Shown: one piece after another, positions 1-6,174 of the stretch
How the letters are laid out: every line of letters begins with the position of its first letter
How positions within the stretch are numbered: position 1 is the first letter of the stretch
Source: a virus
Reading direction: 5' to 3' (one strand)
Length of the DNA stretch: 12,851 nt
UHGV virus genome: UHGV-0102871
The notes under the pieces: model-generated
Seen by the model: only the letters and a program-made list of their open reading frames with translations
What the model was told of the DNA's origin: nothing
Databases searched by the model: none
Position numbers and translations under genes: made by a program

Positions 1-131
1 CTTAACGAAAAGCAGGTGGCAGCATGAGATACGGATCTGTTTGCTGCGCAGCGCCGGTTCTTCTATGGGCATCGCCGCAGCTCCACTGCAAACAGATCCG
101 TATCTCATGCTGCCACCTGCTTTTCGTTAAG
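1..131. repeat. Perfect 44-bp inverted repeat (arms 1-44 and 88-131) around a 43-bp non-palindromic spacer; left arm touches the window edge
   Basis: Reverse complement of 1-44 is identical base-for-base to 88-131, checked manually. The right arm covers the 3' end and stop codon of the minus-strand 52-aa ORF. Confidence 0.85.
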
Positions 132-263
132 TTCTTCAGCCAGTCGTTGCGCCTTCAGTGGGTTGGTAACGACTTCACCCCACGGCAGCAACCATCCGTT
201 TTTCTCTTTGAGCCAGGGAAGGCGCACCGCGCCAACCCTGATGTCGTCGTGAGCGTGAGTCAT
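105..263 (-). CDS. Small hypothetical phage protein (52 aa), last gene seen in the leftward operon
   Basis: ATG at 263-261 overlaps the TGA stop of the upstream 142-aa gene (ATGA coupling). Manual translation gives MTHAHDDIRVGAVRLPWLKEKNGWLLPWGEVVTNPLKAQRLAEELNEKQVAA. Its 3' end lies inside the right arm of the inverted repeat. Below the ORF-track size cutoff; no homology recognised. Confidence 0.4.
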   Translation of the reverse strand: MTHAHDDIRVGAVRLPWLKEKNGWLLPWGEVVTNPLKAQRLAEELNEKQVAA

Positions 264-688
264 AGGATGGACTCCATTTCGTCGATGTAGAGGCCCTGAG
301 CAATCAGGCGGCTACGGCGGGCGGCACGGGCTATGCACTCCTGCCGTCTACCTTCCTGCGATTGCTCAATGGCGCGCCGGGTGAACAGGCGCGATTTGCC
401 CTGCGGCGTCACAACCTTCGGCTTCGTGACCAGGTCGAAAGTCCGGTCGCAGATGCCGTCCCCGTTGATCCACTTTTCCGACTCAACGATCTGCGCTATC
501 TGTCCGGAGCCGCGGGTAATACCGTTGGCTACCCGGTTAAACTCGATGAGCGTTACGCCAAACTTCTCAGCGATTTCGCTGCCGGTTACCGGGCGGCCGC
601 GCGTCTGAATCATCCAGATAACGCGCTCACGAAGGCCGGAGAATTGCCCGGTGCGCCCTGGCCTGCGGTAAAATGGTGTGCGTTTCAT
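260..688 (-). CDS. Hypothetical phage protein (142 aa), possible HTH DNA-binding protein
   Basis: ORF-track ORF. ATG at 688-686 overlaps the exo stop (ATGA). Basic protein with an HTH-like stretch (TGSEIAEKFGVTLIEFNRV). Function not recognised. Confidence 0.6.
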   Translation of the reverse strand: MKRTPFYRRPGRTGQFSGLRERVIWMIQTRGRPVTGSEIAEKFGVTLIEFNRVANGITRGSGQIAQIVESEKWINGDGICDRTFDLVTKPKVVTPQGKSRLFTRRAIEQSQEGRRQECIARAARRSRLIAQGLYIDEMESIL

Positions 689-1302
689 GCTGCACGCTCT
701 GTGATTTTCTGAATTTCCGATTCCAGATCTGCAAGGAAGCTCTTAACCTCAGATTCGATTTCGCGCGCCAGCTCTTCATCGAAATGAATCCGCTTCTTGA
801 AATAGGCGAGGTCAGGCGGCAGGCGATCATCGAAACTAACGAAATCACACCATTTCCGCCCGGTGCACATCATCTGTGCATGCATTTGCAGCATGTACTG
901 GCGCTTTGGCTCACCAGTTTTCAGCGTTTCAAGATGGGTCCAGGTGTTGGGGCATTTGATTTCGATAAGCCCGTCGTCGTTGACAAGTCCGTCCGGGCTG
1001 GCTGCGAATCCGGGTATGGTTGGGTGATCGATGAGCCCAACTTCAGTGATTGCCGCATTGAACTCATTCAGCGCGTACATTTCGCGTGCCACTGGCTCAA
1101 GTTCAGTGCCGCGCATCATCGCGGCATTCGAAAACCCTTCCTCCAGCTTCCCGGTCAGCCGTTGGCAAATCAGCTCGGCCATGTAGTTCTGGCGGCTGGT
1201 GGAGTAGCCCGACTTAGTCCGGGCCATGACATCAGCCAGGCGACTGGCTGTGACCTTGCCGCAGCGCGCAGCAAACCATTCAGGGGTGCGTTGCTCTATC
1301 AT
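685..1302 (-). CDS. exo: Lambda Exo / YqaJ-family 5'-3' exonuclease (205 aa)
   Basis: Translation carries YqaJ/lambda-Exo hallmarks (WFAARCGKVTASR; SPDGL...GLIEIKCP; YMLQMHAQMMC). Sits immediately downstream of bet with ATGA stop/start overlap, as in the lambda Red operon. Confidence 0.85.
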   Translation of the reverse strand: MIEQRTPEWFAARCGKVTASRLADVMARTKSGYSTSRQNYMAELICQRLTGKLEEGFSNAAMMRGTELEPVAREMYALNEFNAAITEVGLIDHPTIPGFAASPDGLVNDDGLIEIKCPNTWTHLETLKTGEPKRQYMLQMHAQMMCTGRKWCDFVSFDDRLPPDLAYFKKRIHFDEELAREIESEVKSFLADLESEIQKITERAA

Positions 1303-2045
1303 TCAGCCTCCGTCTCTGCGACATTGACAGGTTCGGCGTTGTCGACAGCAAGACTCATGTCATACATGCGTCGTTTCTCAACTGCGCCGATCACCTGTTT
1401 CTCTTCGGCGCTCAGCGCCACCCAGAACTCCTGATACTTAACGGTTCCAAGGCGCGCGGCGGACTCACCTTTTGCGATCAGTTCCGGGCGGCGGCTATCT
1501 GATTCATGGCCCGCATGAACCTCTGCCGTTGTTCCTTCAATTACTCGCTCTGCCTCGTCCTGGTCGAAGATGCCAGCGAAACCAAAGGCCAGACGCGCGC
1601 ACTGGATCAGCGTCTTGTGGCGAAGCATGCGGGTAGGGTGGGACTGCCATGGCTGAGTGTTGCGTTTGCACTCTCCCATGTACTCGGTGACGATGGTCGG
1701 GTGCTTACGGTCTTTGCGGTAAATCTTGCAGGTACACGCGCCTTCCTCCTTGTCGTAAGAGAACTCCATGCCGTCAAACTGAGGATGCTCGTTGATAATG
1801 CGAGCCCATCCATCAACGCCGACGACCGGGACAATCCCGCCTTTATCTGGGAATGCGTAAATCTCTTTGGTCCATGGGTTCAGGCCGTACTGGTTGGCGA
1901 CGATCAACAGGGCTGTAAACTGCTCGTCCGTGACGTTGCCACCTTTGAACGCTGTATTCTTCAGCGTATTCATCAGGTCTGTACCGGCATCCATGCCGAG
2001 GCGTGCGGCCAGTTTCCCGGCCATGGTGGAAAGTGCAGTACTCAT
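1299..2045 (-). CDS. bet: Bet (RecT/Red-beta family) single-strand annealing protein
   Basis: From the internal Met, MSTALSTMAGKLAARLGMD... LIVANQYGLNPWTKEIYAFPDK... PVVGVDGW... RMLRHKTLIQCARLAFGFAGI closely parallels lambda Bet as recalled. Start placed at ATG 2045-2043 with GAGGGA Shine-Dalgarno 7 nt upstream; the ORF-track ORF extends to 2060. Confidence 0.9.
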   Translation of the reverse strand: MSTALSTMAGKLAARLGMDAGTDLMNTLKNTAFKGGNVTDEQFTALLIVANQYGLNPWTKEIYAFPDKGGIVPVVGVDGWARIINEHPQFDGMEFSYDKEEGACTCKIYRKDRKHPTIVTEYMGECKRNTQPWQSHPTRMLRHKTLIQCARLAFGFAGIFDQDEAERVIEGTTAEVHAGHESDSRRPELIAKGESAARLGTVKYQEFWVALSAEEKQVIGAVEKRRMYDMSLAVDNAEPVNVAETEAE

Positions 2046-2063
2046 TGTTAAATCCCTCAAAAA

Positions 2064-2348
2064 TTAAAACGGGCAGCCGGTACGGTGTTCCCAGTCGTAT
2101 TCCGCCTGGGCGTAAGCAACTACCGAAATGAAATCGTTGTAGGCCTCGCCAGCTTTATCGCTGCGAAGCCCTTCGTATGGGCTGGAGTCTATCGGGATCG
2201 TGAAGTGGAAGAGGCCGGACGGCTCTTTAGGCATCATGTCGATGATTTTCTGCGCCCGGTCGTCGATCCACTTCTCTTTCTCGTCGGTGATCTGTTGCTC
2301 AGCCCAGCGCCGATCTTCGATGCGGTCGTAAGTGAGGTATGCGTTCAT
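2064..2348 (-). CDS. gam: Gam-like host-nuclease (RecBCD) inhibitor, short form (94 aa)
   Basis: N-terminus MNAYLTYDRIEDRRWAEQQ resembles the internal-start region of lambda Gam ([21 protein letters not shown], recalled). Position directly upstream of bet matches gam-bet-exo order. TGAGG Shine-Dalgarno upstream. Confidence 0.75.
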   Translation of the reverse strand: MNAYLTYDRIEDRRWAEQQITDEKEKWIDDRAQKIIDMMPKEPSGLFHFTIPIDSSPYEGLRSDKAGEAYNDFISVVAYAQAEYDWEHRTGCPF

Positions 2349-2355
2349 GGTTGCC

Positions 2356-3327
2356 TCAGTAATGAATTTTCGCGCAGGGGATCAGGTTATCTTTCAGAGC
2401 GGTAAGCACTTCGATAGCCTGCTCGCGGGTTAAGCTGGTTTGGCTGGTGAGCGCGTTAACGATGTTGGTGCCGACCGTCTTGCGGTGCTTAACGTCAGCT
2501 TCACGCTTTGCCTGCTCATCGGCGAGGCGCTTCTCTTCGGCCAGGCGGGCATCTTCGGCCTGTTTGGCCTTCAGGCGCTCGGCTTCAACCGCCGCGGCTT
2601 TTTCGCGTTCCGCCCGGGCTTCCGCTTCCTGCTTCTCGCGAGCTGCACGCTGTTCCGCTTCGACGCGCTGGCGCTCCGCCAGTTCAGCGCGGGCTTTCTC
2701 TTCGGCTTCACGGCGCGCTGCGGCTTCAATCTCCGCTTTGTGCTTCGCTTCGGCATCGCGGCGGGCTTGTTCTGCCGCTTCCTGTTTCAGCCGCTCATCA
2801 CGTTCACGCTGAGCCTGTTCCGCCAGACGGCGCTGCTCTTCGCGGTCACGGTCAAAATCCTTGTTCATCAGTAGAGCCATTTCGTGGTCCGCTTCGAACT
2901 TGGCAGCCAGCTCCTGATCGAACCTGATGTTCATCTCCAGCGCTTCGGCGTGCATCGCGTTCATGGCTTCTTCAGCCTTAATGCGTTCCTGCTCGGCTTC
3001 CCATTCGGTGAGTGGGCGGCGGGTCGCATCGCGCAGCTCGTCGCAGGCATCAACGAATCGCTTAATTTCGGCCTCAGCCGGACGCACAGCCTCTTTCAGG
3101 CGCTTCAGGTACTCACGGCCCGGCTTTTCGATTGCCGTCTTGCTGCGGGACACCTGCGCTGCCAGAGAGGCAACACGGTCACGGCCTTTCTTCGTGGACA
3201 GGTCCGGCACTTCGTTTACAGCCTGGCGGATTTGCTCAAGGTACGCGTCAAGGCCGCCCGCTACGTAAAGCACTGGGGCCTGTTCCGGCTTGATTTCGAT
3301 GACAGTTAAGTCCGTTACTTCGCTCAT
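2356..3327 (-). CDS. Hypothetical phage protein with long charged E/R/A/K-rich coiled-coil segment (323 aa)
   Basis: ORF-track ORF with AGGAGA Shine-Dalgarno before ATG 3327. Globular N-terminal ~110 aa, then ~160 aa of low-complexity heptad-like repeats (AEQAQRERDERLKQEAAEQARRDAEAKHKAEIEAAARREAEEKARAELAERQR...), then a ~50-aa C-terminus. The several plus-strand ORFs overlapping it are composition artefacts. Confidence 0.7.
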   Translation of the reverse strand: MSEVTDLTVIEIKPEQAPVLYVAGGLDAYLEQIRQAVNEVPDLSTKKGRDRVASLAAQVSRSKTAIEKPGREYLKRLKEAVRPAEAEIKRFVDACDELRDATRRPLTEWEAEQERIKAEEAMNAMHAEALEMNIRFDQELAAKFEADHEMALLMNKDFDRDREEQRRLAEQAQRERDERLKQEAAEQARRDAEAKHKAEIEAAARREAEEKARAELAERQRVEAEQRAAREKQEAEARAEREKAAAVEAERLKAKQAEDARLAEEKRLADEQAKREADVKHRKTVGTNIVNALTSQTSLTREQAIEVLTALKDNLIPCAKIHY

Positions 3328-3397
3328 GGTTTCTCCTGAAATTTGGATGTGCAGATCCCGCCCGCGTAATGCCAGGCCGATCGGTTGAATAGGGTGG

Positions 3398-3595
3398 TTA
3401 CTGCTGCGCGATGGATTTCGCCGGGAACTCGCCGTTGCGGATGATGCTTTCTACCGGCCAGCACTCAGCTGACACTTTCTGCTCTGTAGCTGCCAGGCTG
3501 CATTCCTGCTGGCTGTCGTAAACGCCGAGAATGACATCCTGATAATCACCGTTGGTCATTGCCACGGTCAGGACGAGTGCGAATAAAGTTTCCAT
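3398..3595 (-). CDS. Small hypothetical protein (65 aa) with hydrophobic N-terminus, in the kil-like position
   Basis: Internal ATG (3595-3593) of the 83-aa ORF-track ORF overlaps the stop of the upstream 42-aa ORF (TGATG coupling). Sequence METLFALVLTVAMTNGDYQ... has a hydrophobic N-terminus. The longer 3398-3649 form cannot be excluded. Confidence 0.45.
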   Translation of the reverse strand: METLFALVLTVAMTNGDYQDVILGVYDSQQECSLAATEQKVSAECWPVESIIRNGEFPAKSIAQQ

Positions 3596-3723
3596 CAGTG
3601 AAGAGTCCTCCCGATGGCGACGGCGTAAAGGCGTTTTGCTTCTTCCCACGCCGGAGCATTGCGATGGAGCACCGCGAACGACGCGAGCCGTTGGGCCTCT
3701 CTGATCTGCTGCTGGTTTACCAT
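3595..3723 (-). CDS. Small hypothetical protein (42 aa), in the cIII-like position
   Basis: Manual translation: MVNQQQIREAQRLASFAVLHRNAPAWEEAKRLYAVAIGRTLH. Strong Shine-Dalgarno (AAGAGGAA) 3-4 nt before the ATG; stop overlaps the next start. Not in the ORF track (below size cutoff). Function unknown. Confidence 0.4.
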   Translation of the reverse strand: MVNQQQIREAQRLASFAVLHRNAPAWEEAKRLYAVAIGRTLH

Positions 3724-3864
3724 GATTTCCTCTTGGCCTTATCGCGGCGAACGGAACGGTTAATACAAGACTTCAACGCATTTATTCAGTGTTTCAATGG
3801 GCGGTGGATGGCCGCCGGTTGTCATAAATGGGCAGACTCGAAAATCTGCCTATGTATGGCCGAT

Positions 3865-3884
3865 AAAAAACCCGCCGGAGCGGG
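3865..3884 (-). terminator. Candidate intrinsic terminator immediately after the 222-aa gene (minus-strand RNA CCCGCUCCGGCGGG + UUUUUU)
   Basis: Plus strand reads AAAAAA-CCCGCCGGAGCGGG-TCA, where TCA is the TGA stop of the 222-aa gene. On the minus strand this is a 5-bp GC stem with 4-nt loop followed by a U6 tract. Confidence 0.55.
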
Positions 3885-4553
3885 TCATTCATTCTTTGGT
3901 ATGCCGCAAAGGGCGTTTAGCGTTTCAACGGGAATGGCAAGTGCGGTGCTGGTCGCTTCACGGCGTTCCACCTCAGGCAAATATGGCACTGCCTCAGGCC
4001 ACATCTCAGCCAGTTTTTTAACAGTTGAGACTTTGGTTAGAGCACCTTTAACCTGCAATTGGAAGGCATCAACTTCATCGTAAAGAACGTTGATGGTTAC
4101 CGTCGATTCAGTGAGTCGGTCGTGTAATTTTCCAACTTTCTTCAGCGTGCTGTAACTTTCAGGAACGAAACCCGAATCAATTACAGGCGCGAAGGAAGCT
4201 CCGAAGAACAGGTCGCTTTCAAGATCGTGCTTACCAATATGTTTTCCACGGTGGCGATAGCGATGATCCAAACCGTTCCTGGCTAATTCGTGATACTCAC
4301 CATTAATAATGACCTTTAAAGTTGCAGTTTTAGCGCCGACCTGCATCTTGATGAAGGAGTTATCTTTGAAATCTTCCCGAGCCTTAGTTATTTGCTCATC
4401 GCTAGTGTTTTCCTGCTTGAGCAATGCCTGTCGAATTTCTTCAACAATTTTCGCCCTCTCATTAACCGCAGCTTTCGCTTTCTCAAACAATGGGGATGCG
4501 AGAAGCAGGTTATGGCATAGCTGATTTTTAATTTCGTTGTTAAGACGAATCAT
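3885..4553 (-). CDS. AT-rich orphan gene (222 aa), unknown function; first gene of the leftward operon, in the sieB/ral position
   Basis: ORF-track ORF with GAGGGT Shine-Dalgarno 7 nt before ATG 4553. Visibly lower GC than flanking genes (by eye, not computed). Soluble-looking, no recognised domain. Bracketed by a ~400-bp leader upstream and an intrinsic terminator downstream. Confidence 0.75.
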   Translation of the reverse strand: MIRLNNEIKNQLCHNLLLASPLFEKAKAAVNERAKIVEEIRQALLKQENTSDEQITKAREDFKDNSFIKMQVGAKTATLKVIINGEYHELARNGLDHRYRHRGKHIGKHDLESDLFFGASFAPVIDSGFVPESYSTLKKVGKLHDRLTESTVTINVLYDEVDAFQLQVKGALTKVSTVKKLAEMWPEAVPYLPEVERREATSTALAIPVETLNALCGIPKNE

Positions 4554-4969
4554 TGACTTACCCTCTGTCGTTACCCGCTGATGCGGGAGAAATGCTTTGG
4601 CGATGTGGTAGGTGGGAGACCCATTTCGACCCGATTCGGCCTACTTATCTTCGGCAATAGCTCCTCGGGCCTCGCCGCTTTACGTGCGACATATTCCCGT
4701 CCATGAACCCTTCACCACATCCCATAACATTCCCTGTATTGGTCAGCGCCAACTCCCTGCCAGTGTTGCCCGTTCTCACGCCGTTCTCGCTCTCGCGTGG
4801 GGATACTCTCTCACCGACCGGATCGCACCCGGTGATACAGCACGTTTACGTGTAGGGGTCTTAACAGGTCATTGACGCTGTAAATCTGCATGTTGTTAAA
4901 AAGCAGGCGACTTGCTGTCCGCCGCTGGCTAACTTCGCTCAGCTGTCGATGTTTCGTTTCGATGGGGTA

Positions 4970-5048
4970 AATTTAGCGTGATGCTAAATTATGCGCAATA
5001 GCAAAATGCTAAATTGTTGAATGGTTTTATTTAGCGTATTGATTAATA
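4970..5048 (-). promoter_or_regulatory. oL-like operator cluster and probable pL region: three sites with half-site ATTTAGC-N5-GCTAAAT
   Basis: 4970-4990 is a perfect 21-bp palindrome (AATTTAGCGTGATGCTAAATT). Two degenerate copies at ~4996-5015 (AATAGCAAAATGCTAAATT) and ~5028-5048 (ATTTAGCGTATTGATTAAT). Same half-site as the cI/cro intergenic operators. Exact -35/-10 not resolved. Confidence 0.55.
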
Positions 5049-5085
5049 AGCGATTAAAAATTTACAGCGAAGGAATTCGGGACGT

Positions 5086-5109
5086 AAAAAAGCCCGCGCG
5101 ATGGCGGGC
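5086..5109 (-). terminator. Intrinsic terminator downstream of the repressor gene (minus-strand GCCCGC-CAUCGC-GCGGGC + UUUUUU)
   Basis: Plus strand reads AAAAAA-GCCCGC-GCGATG-GCGGGC, 20 nt past the cI-like stop. On the minus strand this is a 6-bp GC stem followed by a U6 tract. Confidence 0.65.
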
Positions 5110-5129
5110 TTGAGGGGTTTTGCGTGAGG

Positions 5130-5807
5130 TTATGGGATGTTTAGTATTTTGGCATCAACCACAACGCCGATGATTTTGCAGTTTCCATTAATTTCTAGCA
5201 TTGGATATGCGGGGTTAAGGGGCTTTAGGAAGCGTCTGCCGGCATCGATTACAAGCTTCTTAAAGGTCGCTTCGTTATCGCCTTCTAGCTTCGCGACAAC
5301 CAGCTTTCCGTTGCGCGGCTCGACTTCAGGATCAACAAGTATCGCTGCTCCCTCGGGTATGCTCAGTCCAGCCGGGGAGGTCATAGAATCCCCTTTAACG
5401 TCCAGCCAGAATGAATCTTCTGAGCAGTCAACAGTCGTGTCATACCAGCGATCTATCGCTCTTCGGTGATAAGGTTCTACAGCTTCCATCCATTGCCCCG
5501 CGCTTACCCAGCTGATTACAGGATAACTTCCTTTTGTCTCGTTCAGTCCTCGAAATGCAACGTTCGAAGGTTCTTCACTGGCGTGTAAAACATCCATCCA
5601 GCCAAAAGGCAGATCAAGCGCAGTTTCAATTTTGCGAGCCATCTTATCGCCGATATTGCGATGAGGGTTTGGTCCCAGTAGCTGGCTAAGCGCAGCCGGA
5701 CTTGTCTCGATGAGCTCGGCAAACTGCGCTTTGGTCATTCCAGACTCGTGCTGACGCTTCTCGTACAGCGCTTCCAGGTTGGCTTTTCTGATTTCTTTAT
5801 TTTCCAT
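5130..5807 (-). CDS. cI: cI-like prophage repressor (HTH N-domain plus LexA/S24 peptidase C-domain), 225 aa
   Basis: C-terminal domain carries the S24 Ser/Lys dyad context (DVKGDSMTSPAG ... ATFKKLV) and LexA-like strands (GAAILVDPEVEPRNGKLVVAKL; KIIGVVVDAKI). N-terminus is HTH-like. Start set at the internal ATG 5807-5805 (MENKEIRK...) just left of the operators; the ORF-track ORF extends to 5924. Confidence 0.85.
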   Translation of the reverse strand: MENKEIRKANLEALYEKRQHESGMTKAQFAELIETSPAALSQLLGPNPHRNIGDKMARKIETALDLPFGWMDVLHASEEPSNVAFRGLNETKGSYPVISWVSAGQWMEAVEPYHRRAIDRWYDTTVDCSEDSFWLDVKGDSMTSPAGLSIPEGAAILVDPEVEPRNGKLVVAKLEGDNEATFKKLVIDAGRRFLKPLNPAYPMLEINGNCKIIGVVVDAKILNIP

Positions 5808-5824
5808 ACCTGCATTGTTACTGC

Positions 5825-5893
5825 TTTTAGCAAAATGATAAATGTGCAAATTGCTAAATGATGCTTGCGTAGTATTTAGCATAACGCTAAACT
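5825..5893. promoter_or_regulatory. oR-like operator cluster with divergent pR/pRM region between cI and cro
   Basis: Sites TTTTAGCAAAATGATAAAT (5825-5843) and ATTTAGCATAACGCTAAAC (5874-5892, 13/14 palindromic) share the oL half-site. Candidate pR: -35 TTGCGT (5865-5870), 17-bp spacer, -10 TAAACT (5888-5893); the stronger operator overlaps the spacer and -10. GGAGA Shine-Dalgarno precedes the cro-like ATG at 5924. Confidence 0.55.
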
Positions 5894-5923
5894 CCAAATC
5901 AAACGACTCACCCGGAGACACCA

Positions 5924-6157
5924 ATGAGCACTGAACTACACCGCTGGCGCAAGGCCGCCACTACCGACGAATGGGCGCAGCTCGCAAAGTTGGCTAACAC
6001 GACGCCAGGTTACCTGGACCAGATCGCCTACGGAAATCGCCGGGCATCTCCAGAAATGGCATCTGCTATCGAGAAAGGCACGAAGAATTTTCACCGCCAG
6101 GCTCCGGTCCTAAAAGAAAGCCTGGTATTCGCATCGCCGCGTGATACTGCGGCCTAA
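5924..6157 (+). CDS. Cro-like HTH regulator, YdaS-family (77 aa)
   Basis: Divergent from the repressor and first gene of the rightward operon. Motif GYLDQIAYGNRRASPEMASAIEKGT matches the YdaS-type Cro-like HTH pattern as recalled (YL.Q...G.R..SPEMA.AIEK.T). Confidence 0.7.
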   Translation: MSTELHRWRKAATTDEWAQLAKLANTTPGYLDQIAYGNRRASPEMASAIEKGTKNFHRQAPVLKESLVFASPRDTAA

Positions 6158-6174
6158 CCACGAAAGGGAAAGCA

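Noticed and set aside
1-131. N15-type telomere resolution site (tel) as an explanation for the large palindrome
   Set aside because: tel sites are contiguous palindromes with dyad symmetry through the centre. Here the arms are separated by a 43-bp non-palindromic spacer and an arm overlaps coding sequence.
24-290. Plus-strand 88-aa ORF spanning the inverted repeat
   Set aside because: It runs through the palindrome and antisense to the well-supported minus-strand coupled operon, with no convincing ribosome-binding site. Most likely a by-product of the inverted repeat. A genuine plus-strand gene ending at 25-27 may instead enter from upstream of the window.
2440-3309. Several overlapping plus-strand ORFs (121-144 aa) rich in Ala/Arg/Ser/Leu
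   Set aside because: They lie antisense to the coiled-coil gene inside its GC-rich repetitive DNA. Their low-complexity translations are typical of out-of-frame or antisense artefacts.
4612-4875. Plus-strand 87-aa ORF in the pL leader
   Set aside because: GTG start without a Shine-Dalgarno, and direction opposite to the expected transcription from pL. Treated as non-coding leader.
4554-4960. Search for an N-like antiterminator gene on the minus strand
   Set aside because: Every minus-strand ATG in this interval that I translated hit a stop within about 25 codons, and no Arg-rich motif was seen. I found no N gene, though short or non-ATG ORFs cannot be fully excluded by eye.
5087-5125. Possible plus-strand terminator from the same hairpin (GCCCGC...GCGGGC followed by TTGAGGGGTTTTG)
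   Set aside because: The downstream tract on the plus strand is interrupted by G-rich sequence, and no plus-strand transcription unit ends here. The clean U6 tract is on the minus strand only.
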